This document shows, piece after piece, positions 10,148 to 21,282 of a stretch of 64,000 nucleotides of DNA. Origin of the DNA: an uncultured delta proteobacterium (GTDB lineage Bacteria > Desulfobacterota > Zymogenia > Zymogenales > Zymogenaceae); assembly GCA_963792965.1 (NCBI GenBank), contig CAWBYW010000009.1:64001-128000 (forward strand), in the 5' to 3' direction. A program made the translations under genes and the position numbers. How positions within the stretch are numbered: position 1 is the stretch's first letter; every line of letters begins with the position of its first letter. The notes under the pieces are model-generated. The model did no database searches, was not told the DNA's origin, and was given only the letters and a program-made list of their open reading frames with translations.

Positions 10148-12562
10148 TTACACCGGTACCCACAAAATGACGAGCGCGCCAAACACGATGTCGTTTTTGT
10201 CCAGCGAGATCTTCACCTCTTCAATCGCCTCCGCGCCCTTCTTCTTCTCCTCGGTGATCGCGGCGACCTCATCGTTGAGCTGCTGCGTCATCCGGGTCAG
10301 CTGCTCGTTGAGGGATTGTATCTCGGCTTCCGAATCCTCCATGAGGGTCTTCGATTTTACGGTCATCATCCGTTTCGTCGACGCCTTTGAGATGCCCGAC
10401 AGGCTCTTCCTCCCGAAAACGAACCCTAACACGGTCGCCCCGGCCGAGATCAGCTCATCCTTCTTGCGCTCGTCGTACTCCATTTCCCGGACCGAGCGCT
10501 CCCTCTCTTCCTTTTTGACCTTGTCCTGTATGGTTTGAATCTGACTCTTGTACTTATTGCTGATCTTCTCCACCGAACGTGCCGCCTCCTCCTCGCCCAT
10601 CGCCGAAATGCGCCCGATGAAGGCCTCCTTCGTCTCCCCGACCGCAGAAAAGACGTTAAAGCGGGGGCTCTTGAAGAGCGACAGAGTAAGGGACCCGTAG
10701 ATGAAATTCACGAAATCGGCCGATCCCTTCTTTACGCCGTCCTTTGCTACAAGCCAGCCCGGCAGCGGCGTAAAGCCGGCGGACTGCCCGCCGGCAACCG
10801 GTGGGGCCGCGAGGAACTCCACGTCCTGGCCCAGTTCGACGGACCCTTCCCATCCGCCCGGCCTTTCCGTCAGGGGGAAGAGCGCCCGTGCGATCTTCTG
10901 GGTCACGGCGACCTTCGCCGACGGATCGTCGAATCTGGCCTGTGCCCGGGCGACCAGCGCCGGCACGTAGCGAAACCCTTTGGCGCTCGCGGTCTTTTCC
11001 ACGGGTATGAGGCGCGAGAAGATCGGATAGGCCGCGCTCTGGGAGGAAAGGTAGGTGTTTTCCAGGCCGACCTCCGGGGCGCTGGGAAGCAAAGATTCGT
11101 CCGCCCCGGCGGCCGTTGCCGCGTCCCCGGGTGCAGGTTTTGCATCCTCTTTCTCTCGGCCCTCATACACGTGGGCGTAGGGGAGCTCTTTGAGCTTGTC
11201 TTTGGAGATCGGGCCCCTCAGATAGCACATGGCCCAGCGGGATCGCATCGTCGTAATGGTATCCTCCCGGACGCTGTGCAGCATGAAGGACCGGGGCGCG
11301 AGGGCGGAAATCGCCGCGTCGACCGCGGCGGGAGGCACGCCCCCCTTGGAGGCGGACGTCAGCCCCTCTAGCACCCGGTCCTTGTCGTTTTTTGTCTGGA
11401 GCCTGCCGATGAACCAGGTGCCGGCGTTGGTGAGGGCCTTGTAGTCGATATCGACCGGGTTTTGCGTGGCAAGCACCATCCCGATGCCGTACGCCCGCGC
11501 CTGCTTGAGGAGCGTCATGATCGGTTTCTTTGTCGGCGGGTCTTTCGGGTACGGCGGCAATAACCCCACCGCCTCGTCGATATAGACCAGCGCCCTGAGC
11601 TTGGTCGAGCCCTCCTGCCCTCTCATCCAGGTGACGAGCCGCCAGAGGAGCAGCCCGACGAAGAAATCCCGCTCTGCGTCCGAGAGATGCGAAAGATAGA
11701 AGACCGAGACGCCGGGCTTTGTCCCACGGGGCTTCAAAAAGAAATCTATGTCCAGCGGCACGCCCTTCCTCCATCCCGTGAAGGCGGGCGACGCCGCCAC
11801 CGTATTGAGCGAAAGGGCAAGCTTCATGCGCTCCGCCCGCGGGTAGAACTCCTCGAGGTCAAAGACCCCCACGCGCTTCATCGGCGGATCCTGGATGAAG
11901 GTGATGATCTTTTCGAGGTTGAGGTCCTGCTCCCTGGCCCAGGACTCCTGCCAGATCTGAGAGAGGAGTATATGCTCCCGGCTTGTGATGGGGTCGGCCT
12001 CGATGCCGACCAGCGACAACAGCGCCGATACCGATCCCGAGATCAGCTCGAGGATCGCATCCTCGTCCTTCTTGATCTGGCCGCGGGGGACCTGGAACGA
12101 GTTGAGGACGTTGACCGGCACACAGGCACTGCTCCCGGGCGTATAGACGACGAAATCGGCCGACTCTTTGTACCGCTTGATCCGCGCGGAATCAATCCCC
12201 CAGTCGGCGAGCCCTTTCTTCCATGTGGCCGCGGTATCGGCGGCGAATTGATCGAGGCTCTTTCCCTTGCGGTCGGCCTCCGCGGGATCGACCCACGGGG
12301 CAAAATCCTTTGGCGAAAGCTCCGGGAAGGCCAACAGGAGGTTCCCCATCTCCGCCTTGGGGTCGATCACCAGGCAGGGAACCCCGGAAAGGATCGCCTC
12401 CTCAAGGAGCGTCACGGCAAGCCCCGTCTTCCCGCTCCCGGTCATCCCCACGATCACCCCGTGGGTGGTCAGGTCGCGTGGATCCAGGAGGATCGGCGTC
12501 TGGGTCACCTCGTTCTTTGCGGGGTCAAAGACCCTGCCCAAATAGAACTTTTCGTCGGCCAT
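10148..12562 (-). CDS. HerA/FtsK-like P-loop ATPase (DUF87/DUF853 type) with C-terminal coiled coil
   Basis: THGVIVGMTGSGKT, LVIDPK, YIDEA, QARAYGIGMVLATQNP; charged coiled-coil C-terminus. Confidence 0.85.
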   Translation of the reverse strand: MADEKFYLGRVFDPAKNEVTQTPILLDPRDLTTHGVIVGMTGSGKTGLAVTLLEEAILSGVPCLVIDPKAEMGNLLLAFPELSPKDFAPWVDPAEADRKGKSLDQFAADTAATWKKGLADWGIDSARIKRYKESADFVVYTPGSSACVPVNVLNSFQVPRGQIKKDEDAILELISGSVSALLSLVGIEADPITSREHILLSQIWQESWAREQDLNLEKIITFIQDPPMKRVGVFDLEEFYPRAERMKLALSLNTVAASPAFTGWRKGVPLDIDFFLKPRGTKPGVSVFYLSHLSDAERDFFVGLLLWRLVTWMRGQEGSTKLRALVYIDEAVGLLPPYPKDPPTKKPIMTLLKQARAYGIGMVLATQNPVDIDYKALTNAGTWFIGRLQTKNDKDRVLEGLTSASKGGVPPAAVDAAISALAPRSFMLHSVREDTITTMRSRWAMCYLRGPISKDKLKELPYAHVYEGREKEDAKPAPGDAATAAGADESLLPSAPEVGLENTYLSSQSAAYPIFSRLIPVEKTASAKGFRYVPALVARAQARFDDPSAKVAVTQKIARALFPLTERPGGWEGSVELGQDVEFLAAPPVAGGQSAGFTPLPGWLVAKDGVKKGSADFVNFIYGSLTLSLFKSPRFNVFSAVGETKEAFIGRISAMGEEEAARSVEKISNKYKSQIQTIQDKVKKEERERSVREMEYDERKKDELISAGATVLGFVFGRKSLSGISKASTKRMMTVKSKTLMEDSEAEIQSLNEQLTRMTQQLNDEVAAITEEKKKGAEAIEEVKISLDKNDIVFGALVILWVPV

Positions 12563-12719
12563 AGATGGCTCCTCTTACTAAATATATATGGCGCCTATTT
12601 TGAACGTGACTCCCGGCGCAACAGCGGAATCGAGAGATTCATTAAAAACGCAATGCTCAGATCGCTCGCTGATGAATCGGAGGCGCTGAAGGCGCGCGGC
12701 CCGAGGTGATACATAATGA

Positions 12720-13781
12720 CTACTTCCCTCCGGTTCCCTCGGGCTTCTCGAAATAGGCCGAAATCTTCTTCATGTGGGCCAGTATCTCATCGGCCTGCGC
12801 CCCCTCGGCGACCGCGGGCTGGAAGCCGCAGGTCACCGGGATCATCTTGTACGATGTAACCCCACTTTTCGTCAGCGTCAGCTCGAGCATGATGCTCTTC
12901 GTCTTCCAGACCGAATGCTCCGTCGTCTGGTGATAGGCGAAGTTGCCGAGCGAATAGATGATAAAGGCGCCGTTGTACCGATCGATCCCCTCGGGCACGT
13001 GGGGATGGCCGCCAAGGATGATGTCCGCCCCGGCATCTACCATTTTGTGTGCGAGCGCCACGATCTCGCCCGCGGGCCTGTCCTGATATTCCGCCCCCCA
13101 GTGCGCCGCCACGACGACGAGGTCTACGTCATTTCGTACCTTCTTGATGGCGGGAGCAAGCCGGTCCATGTCCGCCCAGGCGGTGTATTTGAAGGCCTCG
13201 TGCTCCGGTCCCCCGAAATTGAAGATTCGGGTCACCGAAAAGAAGGCGATCCGTATTCCCTTGACCTCGAGGATCGCGGGTGAGAAAGCCGCGTCGAGGT
13301 CCGGGCCCGTCCCCGTATGTTTGATCCCGACGCGGTCCAGATAGGTCGGCGTCTCCAGGAGCGCCCTCCTGCCGAAGTCCCACACATGATTGTTGGCAAG
13401 TGACACGACGTCAAAGCCCGCGTGCGCCAGCGTTTCGGCGGCTATCGGCGGGGCCGTGAAGCACCATACCCCGTTCTGGGTCACGCCGTTCTGCTCTGAT
13501 ATCGTGCTCTCGAGGTTGGCAAAGGCGATGTCCGCACTCGAGATGATATCCTTGGTCTTTTCGAAGGCGTAATCGACGTTCCCTCCGAGGATAATCCTGC
13601 CGGCCTTGCGGCCGAGGTTTATATCGCCGACCGCCAAAAGCGTGATCTCGGACGTTGGATGGGGGATTTCAATGGCGCCCTCGGCCGCAGCGGTGGGGAC
13701 GGCATCTCCCGAAACGCCCGCGCACGAGAAAACGGTCAACAGGAGCCAAACGGCGAGAAGATAAGAAATAACGCGTTTCAC
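12720..13781 (-). CDS. CapA family (PGA_cap) metallophosphoesterase lipoprotein
   Basis: VGDI, ANLE, SLANNH, HWGAEY, GGHPH and YSLGNF motifs; lipobox VFSC. Confidence 0.9.
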   Translation of the reverse strand: MKRVISYLLAVWLLLTVFSCAGVSGDAVPTAAAEGAIEIPHPTSEITLLAVGDINLGRKAGRIILGGNVDYAFEKTKDIISSADIAFANLESTISEQNGVTQNGVWCFTAPPIAAETLAHAGFDVVSLANNHVWDFGRRALLETPTYLDRVGIKHTGTGPDLDAAFSPAILEVKGIRIAFFSVTRIFNFGGPEHEAFKYTAWADMDRLAPAIKKVRNDVDLVVVAAHWGAEYQDRPAGEIVALAHKMVDAGADIILGGHPHVPEGIDRYNGAFIIYSLGNFAYHQTTEHSVWKTKSIMLELTLTKSGVTSYKMIPVTCGFQPAVAEGAQADEILAHMKKISAYFEKPEGTGGK

Positions 13782-13973
13782 TCTGTCCTCCCGGGTCCAT
13801 ACATCGATAATTAAAAACCTCCTCCCCCCTTGACACCCCCCGATTCTCGCCCTACAATATAGCAGAGATTGCAGCCCAAAAAAAGCCTTTTCTGGAAGCG
13901 GCCGTGCCGTTTAAAGAGCGTGTAACGGCATTTTTTGTAAACAAACCGTCTACATTAGAAAGGTGAGAATCGT

Positions 13974-14933
13974 ATGAGAACCACATCGCGACTTTTTCCC
14001 TCCTTCGTTTTTTTCACCTTGCTCGTGCTGATCATAGCCGGGTGTGCTACCGTCCCCGAAAAGACGGCGTATGTCCCACCCTACACTCCCAATTACGGGG
14101 TCTTCGTCGATCATATCGTGGCCGACGGCCTGGAAGGGATTGTTCCCAAGCTCACGGGTGATCCCGCCGCGCTTCCGGCCTACTGGCACCTCTTGATGGA
14201 CGATGGAAAGCTGACTGTTGCGCTCTGTATCGGCACCGAGGACCTCGTCAGCAAGATCTACACCGAGACGGGCGGCGGCGCCGTGCTGGACGTGAAGGTG
14301 AGGGATACACAGATCCCGGTCACGATATACGGGAAGAAAGTGATCGTCGACGTGACCGTGGTAACCAACAAAGAACAGCTCATCAAGGCGCTGGGTGAGC
14401 GGGAGGTCATCTTTGTCTATTCTCACTCGCGCTACGGAAACGGATGGGCGCTGCATGACAACGGCCTGGACGACCCGTTCAGGATGCAGTCCGACCCTAT
14501 CAGGACACCGAAAAATCAAATGCACGGATACAAGGGGGAGATCGTCGGAGAGTCGGGCGGTTACTACCTCCTCAAGCCGAACACCGAGGACCTCGACAAA
14601 GTCGTGCCGTACCCCGGCTATCAGATCATCGTGGGGCTTTCCTGCACGAGCAAGCAGCACTTCCTCAAAGAGCTCATCAAGATGCGGGCGGGAAACCCGA
14701 CAACCATGATTCTCACGACGGGGGCGGGGGGTTTTCTGGAGATGCGTTTCACGATCTTCAAGCGCTTCCTGCAAGGTATCGTGGCCGGGGAGGATACGAA
14801 GAAGCTCGTCTCGGGGCTGAATGACACCTGGCAGAAGGTGCCGGACGTATTTTTCGATATATATAAGATCCGCGCCAACGTCACTGCTTATCGCGTGATC
14901 GATCTGTCGTACGATAATCTTGGGAAGCAGTAG
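13974..14933 (+). CDS. Hypothetical lipoprotein, possible caspase/CHAT-like His-Cys fold
   Basis: Lipobox IAGC; motifs VIFVYSHSRYG and YQIIVGLSCTS. Confidence 0.6.
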   Translation: MRTTSRLFPSFVFFTLLVLIIAGCATVPEKTAYVPPYTPNYGVFVDHIVADGLEGIVPKLTGDPAALPAYWHLLMDDGKLTVALCIGTEDLVSKIYTETGGGAVLDVKVRDTQIPVTIYGKKVIVDVTVVTNKEQLIKALGEREVIFVYSHSRYGNGWALHDNGLDDPFRMQSDPIRTPKNQMHGYKGEIVGESGGYYLLKPNTEDLDKVVPYPGYQIIVGLSCTSKQHFLKELIKMRAGNPTTMILTTGAGGFLEMRFTIFKRFLQGIVAGEDTKKLVSGLNDTWQKVPDVFFDIYKIRANVTAYRVIDLSYDNLGKQ

Positions 14934-15286
14934 ATAAGAGGGTGAATCGGAAAACGAAAGGCCTTCGGATTACCGGGCATCGGCCCATGCCGCCCGAGCA
15001 GGCGGCGTCCTTCTGATACTGTTAGCGGATGCGAGTCGATAGGTTGGACCGGCGGCCGCGCCCTGCAACCGGCGAGGCAGCTCACCGTTTGTCGTGGGTC
15101 GGTATCGGCCGATGGGAGCCGCCCGCGATAGTCGCCCCCCATCCGGGAGAGAACGAGTAGCCGCGCCTGCACATTTGTCACACGAACGCACCCGGTTTCG
15201 CGTCGACACGTCCCAAGCCTCTGGAGACGGGGCGACCCGTCCCCGTCAGCTGACCCACACAAAAAGGTCGGCTTGAGAGACGGTGC

Positions 15287-15772
15287 CTATAGCCCTTCAA
15301 GCTCTTGCGTGACCTCCAAGAGCGCTTTCTCATCCCCCGATTTCTTGTAGAGCTCCGCCGCGCCGTTAAGAAGATAGCGCGCCTCGTCGACCCGGTTTTT
15401 CTGCACCAAAAGCCCCGCGAGCTCCCGCATTACCCCGGCAAGCTCATTGTCTCCGACCGCGTCCTTGTGATCCTTGGCGTAGGTGAGCGCCTCAAAGTAG
15501 GTTGCGATCGCCTCATCGGCGTCGCCGGAAAGGTAATACCCTCTGGCGATGTACGGGTAGACCCCGAAGGCCGAGAACGTATACCCCGCCGAGTCGTAGA
15601 AGGCCAGCGCCTTCTTGAACTCGATGATCGCCAGCGCGATCTTCCCCTCGTTGAGGAGCTCTTTGCCGTAGTTGAAGGACGCCGTCGCGTTTTCTACCGG
15701 TGGATTCACCCTGGCGCACCCGAGAGTGATGACCAGTAAGATGAGCGAGAAGAAAGCAACGTTTCTTTTCAT
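15287..15772 (-). CDS. TPR-like lipoprotein
   Basis: Lipobox TLGC followed by helical TPR-like repeats. Confidence 0.7.
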   Translation of the reverse strand: MKRNVAFFSLILLVITLGCARVNPPVENATASFNYGKELLNEGKIALAIIEFKKALAFYDSAGYTFSAFGVYPYIARGYYLSGDADEAIATYFEALTYAKDHKDAVGDNELAGVMRELAGLLVQKNRVDEARYLLNGAAELYKKSGDEKALLEVTQELEGL

Positions 15773-15781
15773 CGGTATTCT

Positions 15782-16660
15782 CTATAAACTGAAGATGTCA
15801 AATACGATTCCTTCAAAGTCGATGAACAGCAGGCGGTTACTGAGCAGCTCGCCTTTCCCGATCAGGAGCTTGATCACCTCGACCGTCTGGATGTTAGCGA
15901 TGGCCCCCACGACGCCCGGCAGGTTACCGAGGGTGACCTCCACCCCCTTCTCGGGGAGGCTCTCCCTGTCTCCAAAGATCGCGGTGAATCCGGCGTCCCC
16001 GGGGGCAATCGAGCTGACCTGACCCACGAATCCCGCGACCGACCCGTGCACGAGCGGAATCCTCAAACGTGTCGCCGCGTCCGAGAGCGCAAACCGCGAA
16101 GGGATGTTGTCCAGGGCGTCCACCGCCGCATCACAGCCCGCCAACAACTCGACGAGATCGTCGGTGCCGACGTTCCGGTATATCGTCGTCACCTCAACGG
16201 CGCTGTTTATCGCCCTGATGCGTTCGGCCGCCACCTGGACCTTGGGCCTTCCGATCGCATCCTCGGAGCAAAACTCCTGTCGGTTGAGATTATCCTCGGA
16301 AAAGACGTCCCCATCCACAAGGCAGAGCCTCCCGACCCCGACGCGCGCCAGATTCAGGGCGATGGTGCCCCCCAGCCCCCCGATGCCGATAATCGCCACG
16401 GCGGACCTCAAGAGTGCTATCTGGCCCTCTTTCCCGAGGGCGCCCAGGTTCCTGAGATAGCGCCGAGGCACGATACCTGAGGCGAGGGCTGCGGTCTCGA
16501 CCTCTCTGAGCGAGACCCCGTGCCCTTCCGCAATCGCGCGGGTGGCTCCGAGGTCGAGCGTCTTCTGAGTCGATCCGGAAGGCAGCGCCACATCGACCGC
16601 ACGGGACCGTATCGCCTCCAGCAGCTTCTCGTCTATTTTATCGATGTCCACATGTTTCAT
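15782..16660 (-). CDS. HesA/MoeB/ThiF family adenylyltransferase
   Basis: GIGGLG, DGDVFSEDNLNRQ and DALDN motifs; likely start MKHVDI at 16660. Confidence 0.9.
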   Translation of the reverse strand: MKHVDIDKIDEKLLEAIRSRAVDVALPSGSTQKTLDLGATRAIAEGHGVSLREVETAALASGIVPRRYLRNLGALGKEGQIALLRSAVAIIGIGGLGGTIALNLARVGVGRLCLVDGDVFSEDNLNRQEFCSEDAIGRPKVQVAAERIRAINSAVEVTTIYRNVGTDDLVELLAGCDAAVDALDNIPSRFALSDAATRLRIPLVHGSVAGFVGQVSSIAPGDAGFTAIFGDRESLPEKGVEVTLGNLPGVVGAIANIQTVEVIKLLIGKGELLSNRLLFIDFEGIVFDIFSL

Positions 16661-16741
16661 CGGTTGCTCGCAAGAGGAGAGCCGGCTTATAACACGATGT
16701 GGAATGCACGTCCCACCCTGTATAAGGTACCCGGGACAAAT

Positions 16742-16772
16742 AAAAAGGGGGGAAAGGTTGCCCCCTCCCCCC
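16742..16772 (-). terminator. Intrinsic terminator after the ompA-like gene
   Basis: G/C-rich imperfect stem followed by a U-tract on the minus strand (AAAAAGGGGG...CCCCC on +). Confidence 0.45.
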
Positions 16773-16791
16773 ATAAGGTATTCCGATGTGA

Positions 16792-17415
16792 TTACTTGTA
16801 GATGATCTTGAACTCAACCCTTCTGTTTTTCATACGGCCGGCTTCCGTCGCATTGCTCTCTGCGGGCATATATTCGCCCCAGCTGACGGTGGAAAGCCGT
16901 GATTCGGGAACCTCATAAATCATGAGGGTCTCTTTCACGGACTCGGCACGCTTCTGGCCGAGCCAGCAATTGTACTTCTCAGTACCGATATCGCAGGTAT
17001 GTCCCTGAATCTCTACGTTGACATCGGGATACCGATTCATGGTATCGGCCATGTGGTAAAGAACGGGATAATACACGGGCCTGATGTAGTACTTATCAAA
17101 GTCGAAATAGATGACCTTGCAGAGTTTGAGCTTGTCTACGCCCTCTGCGATCTTCTCATTGGCGATCGCCAGATGTTCTCTGAATCTGTCGATCTTGAGC
17201 TCGTTGAGGTGATGCTCAGCGAACTCGAGCTCGGCCTCGGCGATCGCGTACTCAACGGGAGTACACTTCTTCATTCCAAGGGCCGTAGCTTTTTCAAAAT
17301 CGGCCTTTGCCGCATTCAGCGCATCATAGCTGGGACCGGAGGTAACCGCTCCACATCCCACCAGAAGCGCCACTGCAGCAAATGCCATGATTGCTACAAT
17401 GATTCTCCCCTTCAT
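16792..17415 (-). CDS. OmpA-family lipoprotein with DUF4398-like N-terminus
   Basis: Lipobox LVGC; IYFDFD, GHTCDIG, LGQKRA and NRRVEF (OmpA C-terminal domain). Confidence 0.9.
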   Translation of the reverse strand: MKGRIIVAIMAFAAVALLVGCGAVTSGPSYDALNAAKADFEKATALGMKKCTPVEYAIAEAELEFAEHHLNELKIDRFREHLAIANEKIAEGVDKLKLCKVIYFDFDKYYIRPVYYPVLYHMADTMNRYPDVNVEIQGHTCDIGTEKYNCWLGQKRAESVKETLMIYEVPESRLSTVSWGEYMPAESNATEAGRMKNRRVEFKIIYK

Positions 17416-17433
17416 TTATAATTACCTCCATTG

Positions 17434-17760
17434 TTAATCCATCATCGATAAGCACGGCGACACGGCACACGGAGGAGCTGCCAGGGCGGCGTCGGACATC
17501 TTCTTGGACTTGTTAGCCCACTCCAGAGCCTTGCACCAATCCTTATCGGCCTTGACCTCCTTAGCGCCGGCGAGATACGCGATACCGCTGGCCGTCTCGT
17601 ACGGAGCGCAGGTAATGGTACCCTTCGCCTTGGCCTGATCAACCGCTGCCTGAGCGTCGGCGATAGCGTGCCTGCTGGCGAAGTAGCAGCAACCGAAGGA
17701 CGATGCCGCAAAAGCCACAACCAAAATAGCTATTAATACTTTTCTCATTAGGTTTTTCAC
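17434..17760 (-). CDS. Small DUF4398-like lipoprotein
   Basis: Lipobox SFGC; Ala-rich helices with APYE motif; directly upstream of the OmpA gene, as is usual for DUF4398 pairs. Confidence 0.65.
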   Translation of the reverse strand: MKNLMRKVLIAILVVAFAASSFGCCYFASRHAIADAQAAVDQAKAKGTITCAPYETASGIAYLAGAKEVKADKDWCKALEWANKSKKMSDAALAAPPCAVSPCLSMMD

Positions 17761-17986
17761 CTCCTTTCAAAAAAACTGCGAACTGTTTCCCTCTCTTTTT
17801 TCCCTGCAAAACATTAGAAATACCCTACAGGGTTTTAATATATTATGAAAGTGTACCTCTTGTCAAGCAAAAGATGTGCTGGAAATTAGATATTTTTAAT
17901 ATTTATCGAGAGTTATCAGATACTTCCACCAAAATAGGTATTCCATTCTCGCGTCTCGATGAATCCGTTTCCCCGTAGGGCGCCTA

Positions 17987-18877
17987 TTACATCACGCCTT
18001 CGTGCTCCCACCCCTTGGTGAGGGCATCGACGGCCCTGATTCTCTCCAATAGTGCCGAAAGGCCAGCGAGGGGGAATTGGTTGGTGGCGTCGCAGAGAGC
18101 CCGCGGCGGGTCGGGGTGCACTTCCATAAATATCCCGTCCACCCCCACGGCGACCGCCCCGAGGGCAAGATATGGGATAAAGCGACGGTCTCCGCCCGTT
18201 GTCGTCCCGCCCGCCCCGGGCAGTTGGACGCTGTGGGTGGCATCGAAAACCACCGCCGGATGCTCGCCGGACGCGGCTGTGCCGGAGGAGCCTTCCCTGG
18301 CGGCGATCAGCCATTTCCGCATGATCGGCAGCGCCCGAAAATCGACGACGAGATTATGATACCCAAACGTCGCCCCCCGCTCGGTGATGATGATAGAGCG
18401 ATTGCCGACGCTCTCGATCTTCTCAACGATCCCGACGACATCCTCGGGCGCCAGGAATTGCCCTTTCTTGACGTTTACCGGTTTGCCGGTCTTTCCCGCC
18501 GCCACCAAAAGGTCGGTCTGGCGGCAGAGAAACGCCGGTATCTGGATGACATCGAGGACCTCGGCCGCCCGCCGGGCCTCATCCACGCTGTGCACGTCGG
18601 ACAGCACCGGGACCCCGACCTCTTTCTTGACCCGATCCAGGATGTTCAGCCCCTCGTCGAGCCCGGGCCCGCGGGCCGACGAAACGCTCGTGCGGTTGGC
18701 CTTATCGTAGGACGACTTATAGATATAGGGAATGGAAAGCTTCTCAGCTATGGCTCTGATCTTCTCGGCGACCTCAAGCGCCGTCTTCTCGCCCTCGATG
18801 ACGCAGGGTCCCGCGATCAGGACGAACGGCCTGCCTCCGCCCATCTCTACTGGGCCGATCTTCACGATCCGGGTCAT
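17987..18877 (-). CDS. kdsA: KDO8P synthase
   Basis: [24 protein letters not shown] and FDATHSVQ; start MTRIVK overlaps the pyrG stop. Confidence 0.95.
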   Translation of the reverse strand: MTRIVKIGPVEMGGGRPFVLIAGPCVIEGEKTALEVAEKIRAIAEKLSIPYIYKSSYDKANRTSVSSARGPGLDEGLNILDRVKKEVGVPVLSDVHSVDEARRAAEVLDVIQIPAFLCRQTDLLVAAGKTGKPVNVKKGQFLAPEDVVGIVEKIESVGNRSIIITERGATFGYHNLVVDFRALPIMRKWLIAAREGSSGTAASGEHPAVVFDATHSVQLPGAGGTTTGGDRRFIPYLALGAVAVGVDGIFMEVHPDPPRALCDATNQFPLAGLSALLERIRAVDALTKGWEHEGVM

Positions 18878-20466
18878 TTGGCCGCCGCCTCGATAAATGC
18901 GACAAAGAGCGGATGGGGCGCGATGGGTCTGGACTTGAACTCCGGGTGAAACTGGCAGCCCAAAAACCATTTGAGGTCGGGAAGCTCGATGATCTCGACG
19001 AGATCCCGCGCCGGATTTATGCCTGAGATCACCATCCCCTTCTTTTCCACCTCGGCCCGGTATTTGTTGTTGAACTCAAAGCGATGTCGGTGCCGCTCCC
19101 AGATGGTGAGGGATTTATAAGCTTTATGAGCAAGGCTGCCCTTCTTGAGCTCGCACTCATAGGCACCCAGCCGCATTGTTCCACCCATCTTATCGATATT
19201 TTTCTGATCAGACATAAGGTCGATGATCGGGCAGTCCGTGTCTTTATTGAACTCGGTGGAGTTTGCCCCCTCGTATCCGCACAGCGTCCGCATGAACTCC
19301 GCCACCGCAAGCTGCATACCCAGGCAGATCCCGAAGAACGGGAGGTTCTTCTCACGGGCGTACCTGATCGCCTTGATCTTTCCCTCGATCCCCCGCGATC
19401 CAAAGCCCCCCGGCACGAGAATGCCGTCGGCCTTCCCAAGCAGTGTTTCCGGCCCCTGGGACTCGATCTTCTCCGCGTCCACAAAGTCGACGTTGACCCG
19501 GCATCCGCTCGGGATACCGCCGTGGACAAGCGCCTCGTTGAGGCTCTTGTACGATTCTACCAGGTTCACGTACTTGCCGACGATGGCGATGGTAACCTCG
19601 GACACGGGGTTCTTGATCTTGTTAACGATGCCCTCCCAGACTGACAGGTCGGGGGCCTTCGTCCACATGTTGAGCTTCTCTACGATTCGGTCGTCCAGCC
19701 CCTCCTTGTTGAACATGAGGGGGACCTCGTAGATCGAGGCCACGTCCGCGGCCGATATCACCGACTCCACCTCGACGTTGCAGAAGAGCGCGATTTTCTT
19801 CTTGAGATCTATGGACAGAGAACGATCCGAGCGGCAGATAAGGACGTCGGGCTGGATACCGATCTCCCGGAGCTTCATAACGGAATGCTGGGTCGGTTTC
19901 GTCTTGAGCTCGCCCGCGGTCCGGACGTAGGGCACGAGCGTCACGTGAAGATAGAGGGCGTGGTGGTCTCCGAGGTCCCATCGAAGCTGGCGGATCGCCT
20001 CGAGGAATGGGAGACTCTCGATATCCCCGACGGTGCCCCCGACCTCCACGATCACGATGTCGACGCCGTCGGAAAGCGCCACGATGTTGCTCTTTATCTC
20101 GTCGGTGATGTGCGGGATTACCTGGACTGTGCCGCCGAGGTACTCTCCTTTGCGTTCCTTGGTGATGACCGAGTCGTAGATCTTGCCGGTGGTGATATTA
20201 TTGGCCTTCCCGAGGCGTGCCGACGTGAACCGCTCGTAGTGGCCCAGGTCGAGATCGGTCTCGGCCCCGTCATCGGTGACGAACACCTCTCCGTGCTGGA
20301 AGGGGTTCATGGTACCGGGATCTACGTTGATGTATGGATCGAGCTTGAGGAACGTGACCGAAAGCCCCCGGCATTCCATGAGGGCCCCTACCGACGCCGC
20401 CGTAAGGCCCTTGCCGAGGGATGACAGGACCCCACCCGTGACAAAGATGAACTTCGTTTTTCTCAT
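18874..20466 (-). CDS. pyrG: CTP synthase
   Basis: [34 protein letters not shown] and QFHPEF. Confidence 0.98.
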   Translation of the reverse strand: MRKTKFIFVTGGVLSSLGKGLTAASVGALMECRGLSVTFLKLDPYINVDPGTMNPFQHGEVFVTDDGAETDLDLGHYERFTSARLGKANNITTGKIYDSVITKERKGEYLGGTVQVIPHITDEIKSNIVALSDGVDIVIVEVGGTVGDIESLPFLEAIRQLRWDLGDHHALYLHVTLVPYVRTAGELKTKPTQHSVMKLREIGIQPDVLICRSDRSLSIDLKKKIALFCNVEVESVISAADVASIYEVPLMFNKEGLDDRIVEKLNMWTKAPDLSVWEGIVNKIKNPVSEVTIAIVGKYVNLVESYKSLNEALVHGGIPSGCRVNVDFVDAEKIESQGPETLLGKADGILVPGGFGSRGIEGKIKAIRYAREKNLPFFGICLGMQLAVAEFMRTLCGYEGANSTEFNKDTDCPIIDLMSDQKNIDKMGGTMRLGAYECELKKGSLAHKAYKSLTIWERHRHRFEFNNKYRAEVEKKGMVISGINPARDLVEIIELPDLKWFLGCQFHPEFKSRPIAPHPLFVAFIEAAAK

Positions 20467-21227
20467 AACACCAACCTTCCGTCTTGTACGAGCCGCTCGA
20501 GTTTTTTCAGATCCTCCGGCGTGTTCACATCCGCCCCACTGTAGTCGGTATGAACCACCCGGATAGGATACCCGTGCTCGAGGGCGCGCAGTTGTTCGAG
20601 GTTTTCGGCCTTTTCGAGCGGTGTCTGATTAAGGCCGATAAAGGTCAAGAGGAAATCGCGGCGAAAGACATAGAGCCCGACATGCCACCGATAGGTCCCC
20701 GACGAAACATCGTAGGTGCCCTCTCGCGAGCCCGGCAGCACGCTGCGGGAAAAATAGAGGGCATTGCCGTTGATATCGGTGACCACCTTGACAACGTGGG
20801 GCGACAACAGGTCGTCTATATCGGTAATCGGCGCCGCGAGCGTCGACATCACGATCGCGTCGTCCTCAAGCAAAGGTGAGATGGCTGCATCGATCGCCGC
20901 AGGGTCAACGGCCGGCTCGTCCCCCTGGACGTTCACAACGATATCGCACGAGATATCACGGACGGCTTCCCCGATGCGGTCGGTGCCGGTCGGATGGTCC
21001 GGGGAGGTCATGACGACCTCTCCTCCGAATCCTTTCACACAGTCAAAAATCCGACTATCGTCGGTGGCGACCAGCACGCGGTCGACGTATCGTGCCCGAG
21101 ACGCCTTCGTGGCCGCGTACTGGATCACCGGTTTCCCGGCAAGAGAAGCGAGGAGTTTTCCGGGAAACCGGCTGGAGGCATACCGGGCCGGGATCACGGC
21201 AACAACTCCCTTCCTTTTTTCGCTCAT
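20463..21227 (-). CDS. kdsB: CMP-KDO synthetase
   Basis: [21 protein letters not shown] and LEQLRALE. Confidence 0.95.
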   Translation of the reverse strand: MSEKRKGVVAVIPARYASSRFPGKLLASLAGKPVIQYAATKASRARYVDRVLVATDDSRIFDCVKGFGGEVVMTSPDHPTGTDRIGEAVRDISCDIVVNVQGDEPAVDPAAIDAAISPLLEDDAIVMSTLAAPITDIDDLLSPHVVKVVTDINGNALYFSRSVLPGSREGTYDVSSGTYRWHVGLYVFRRDFLLTFIGLNQTPLEKAENLEQLRALEHGYPIRVVHTDYSGADVNTPEDLKKLERLVQDGRLVL

Positions 21228-21282
21228 CCTCTCCTTTCAAAGGCGAGGGACGATAACGCCTCCCTCGAGACTAGCGGGGTCA

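Noticed and set aside
10148-12562. HerA as an anti-phage defence system
   Set aside because: No effector (SIR2, nuclease, DUF4297) adjacent and no defence-island context.
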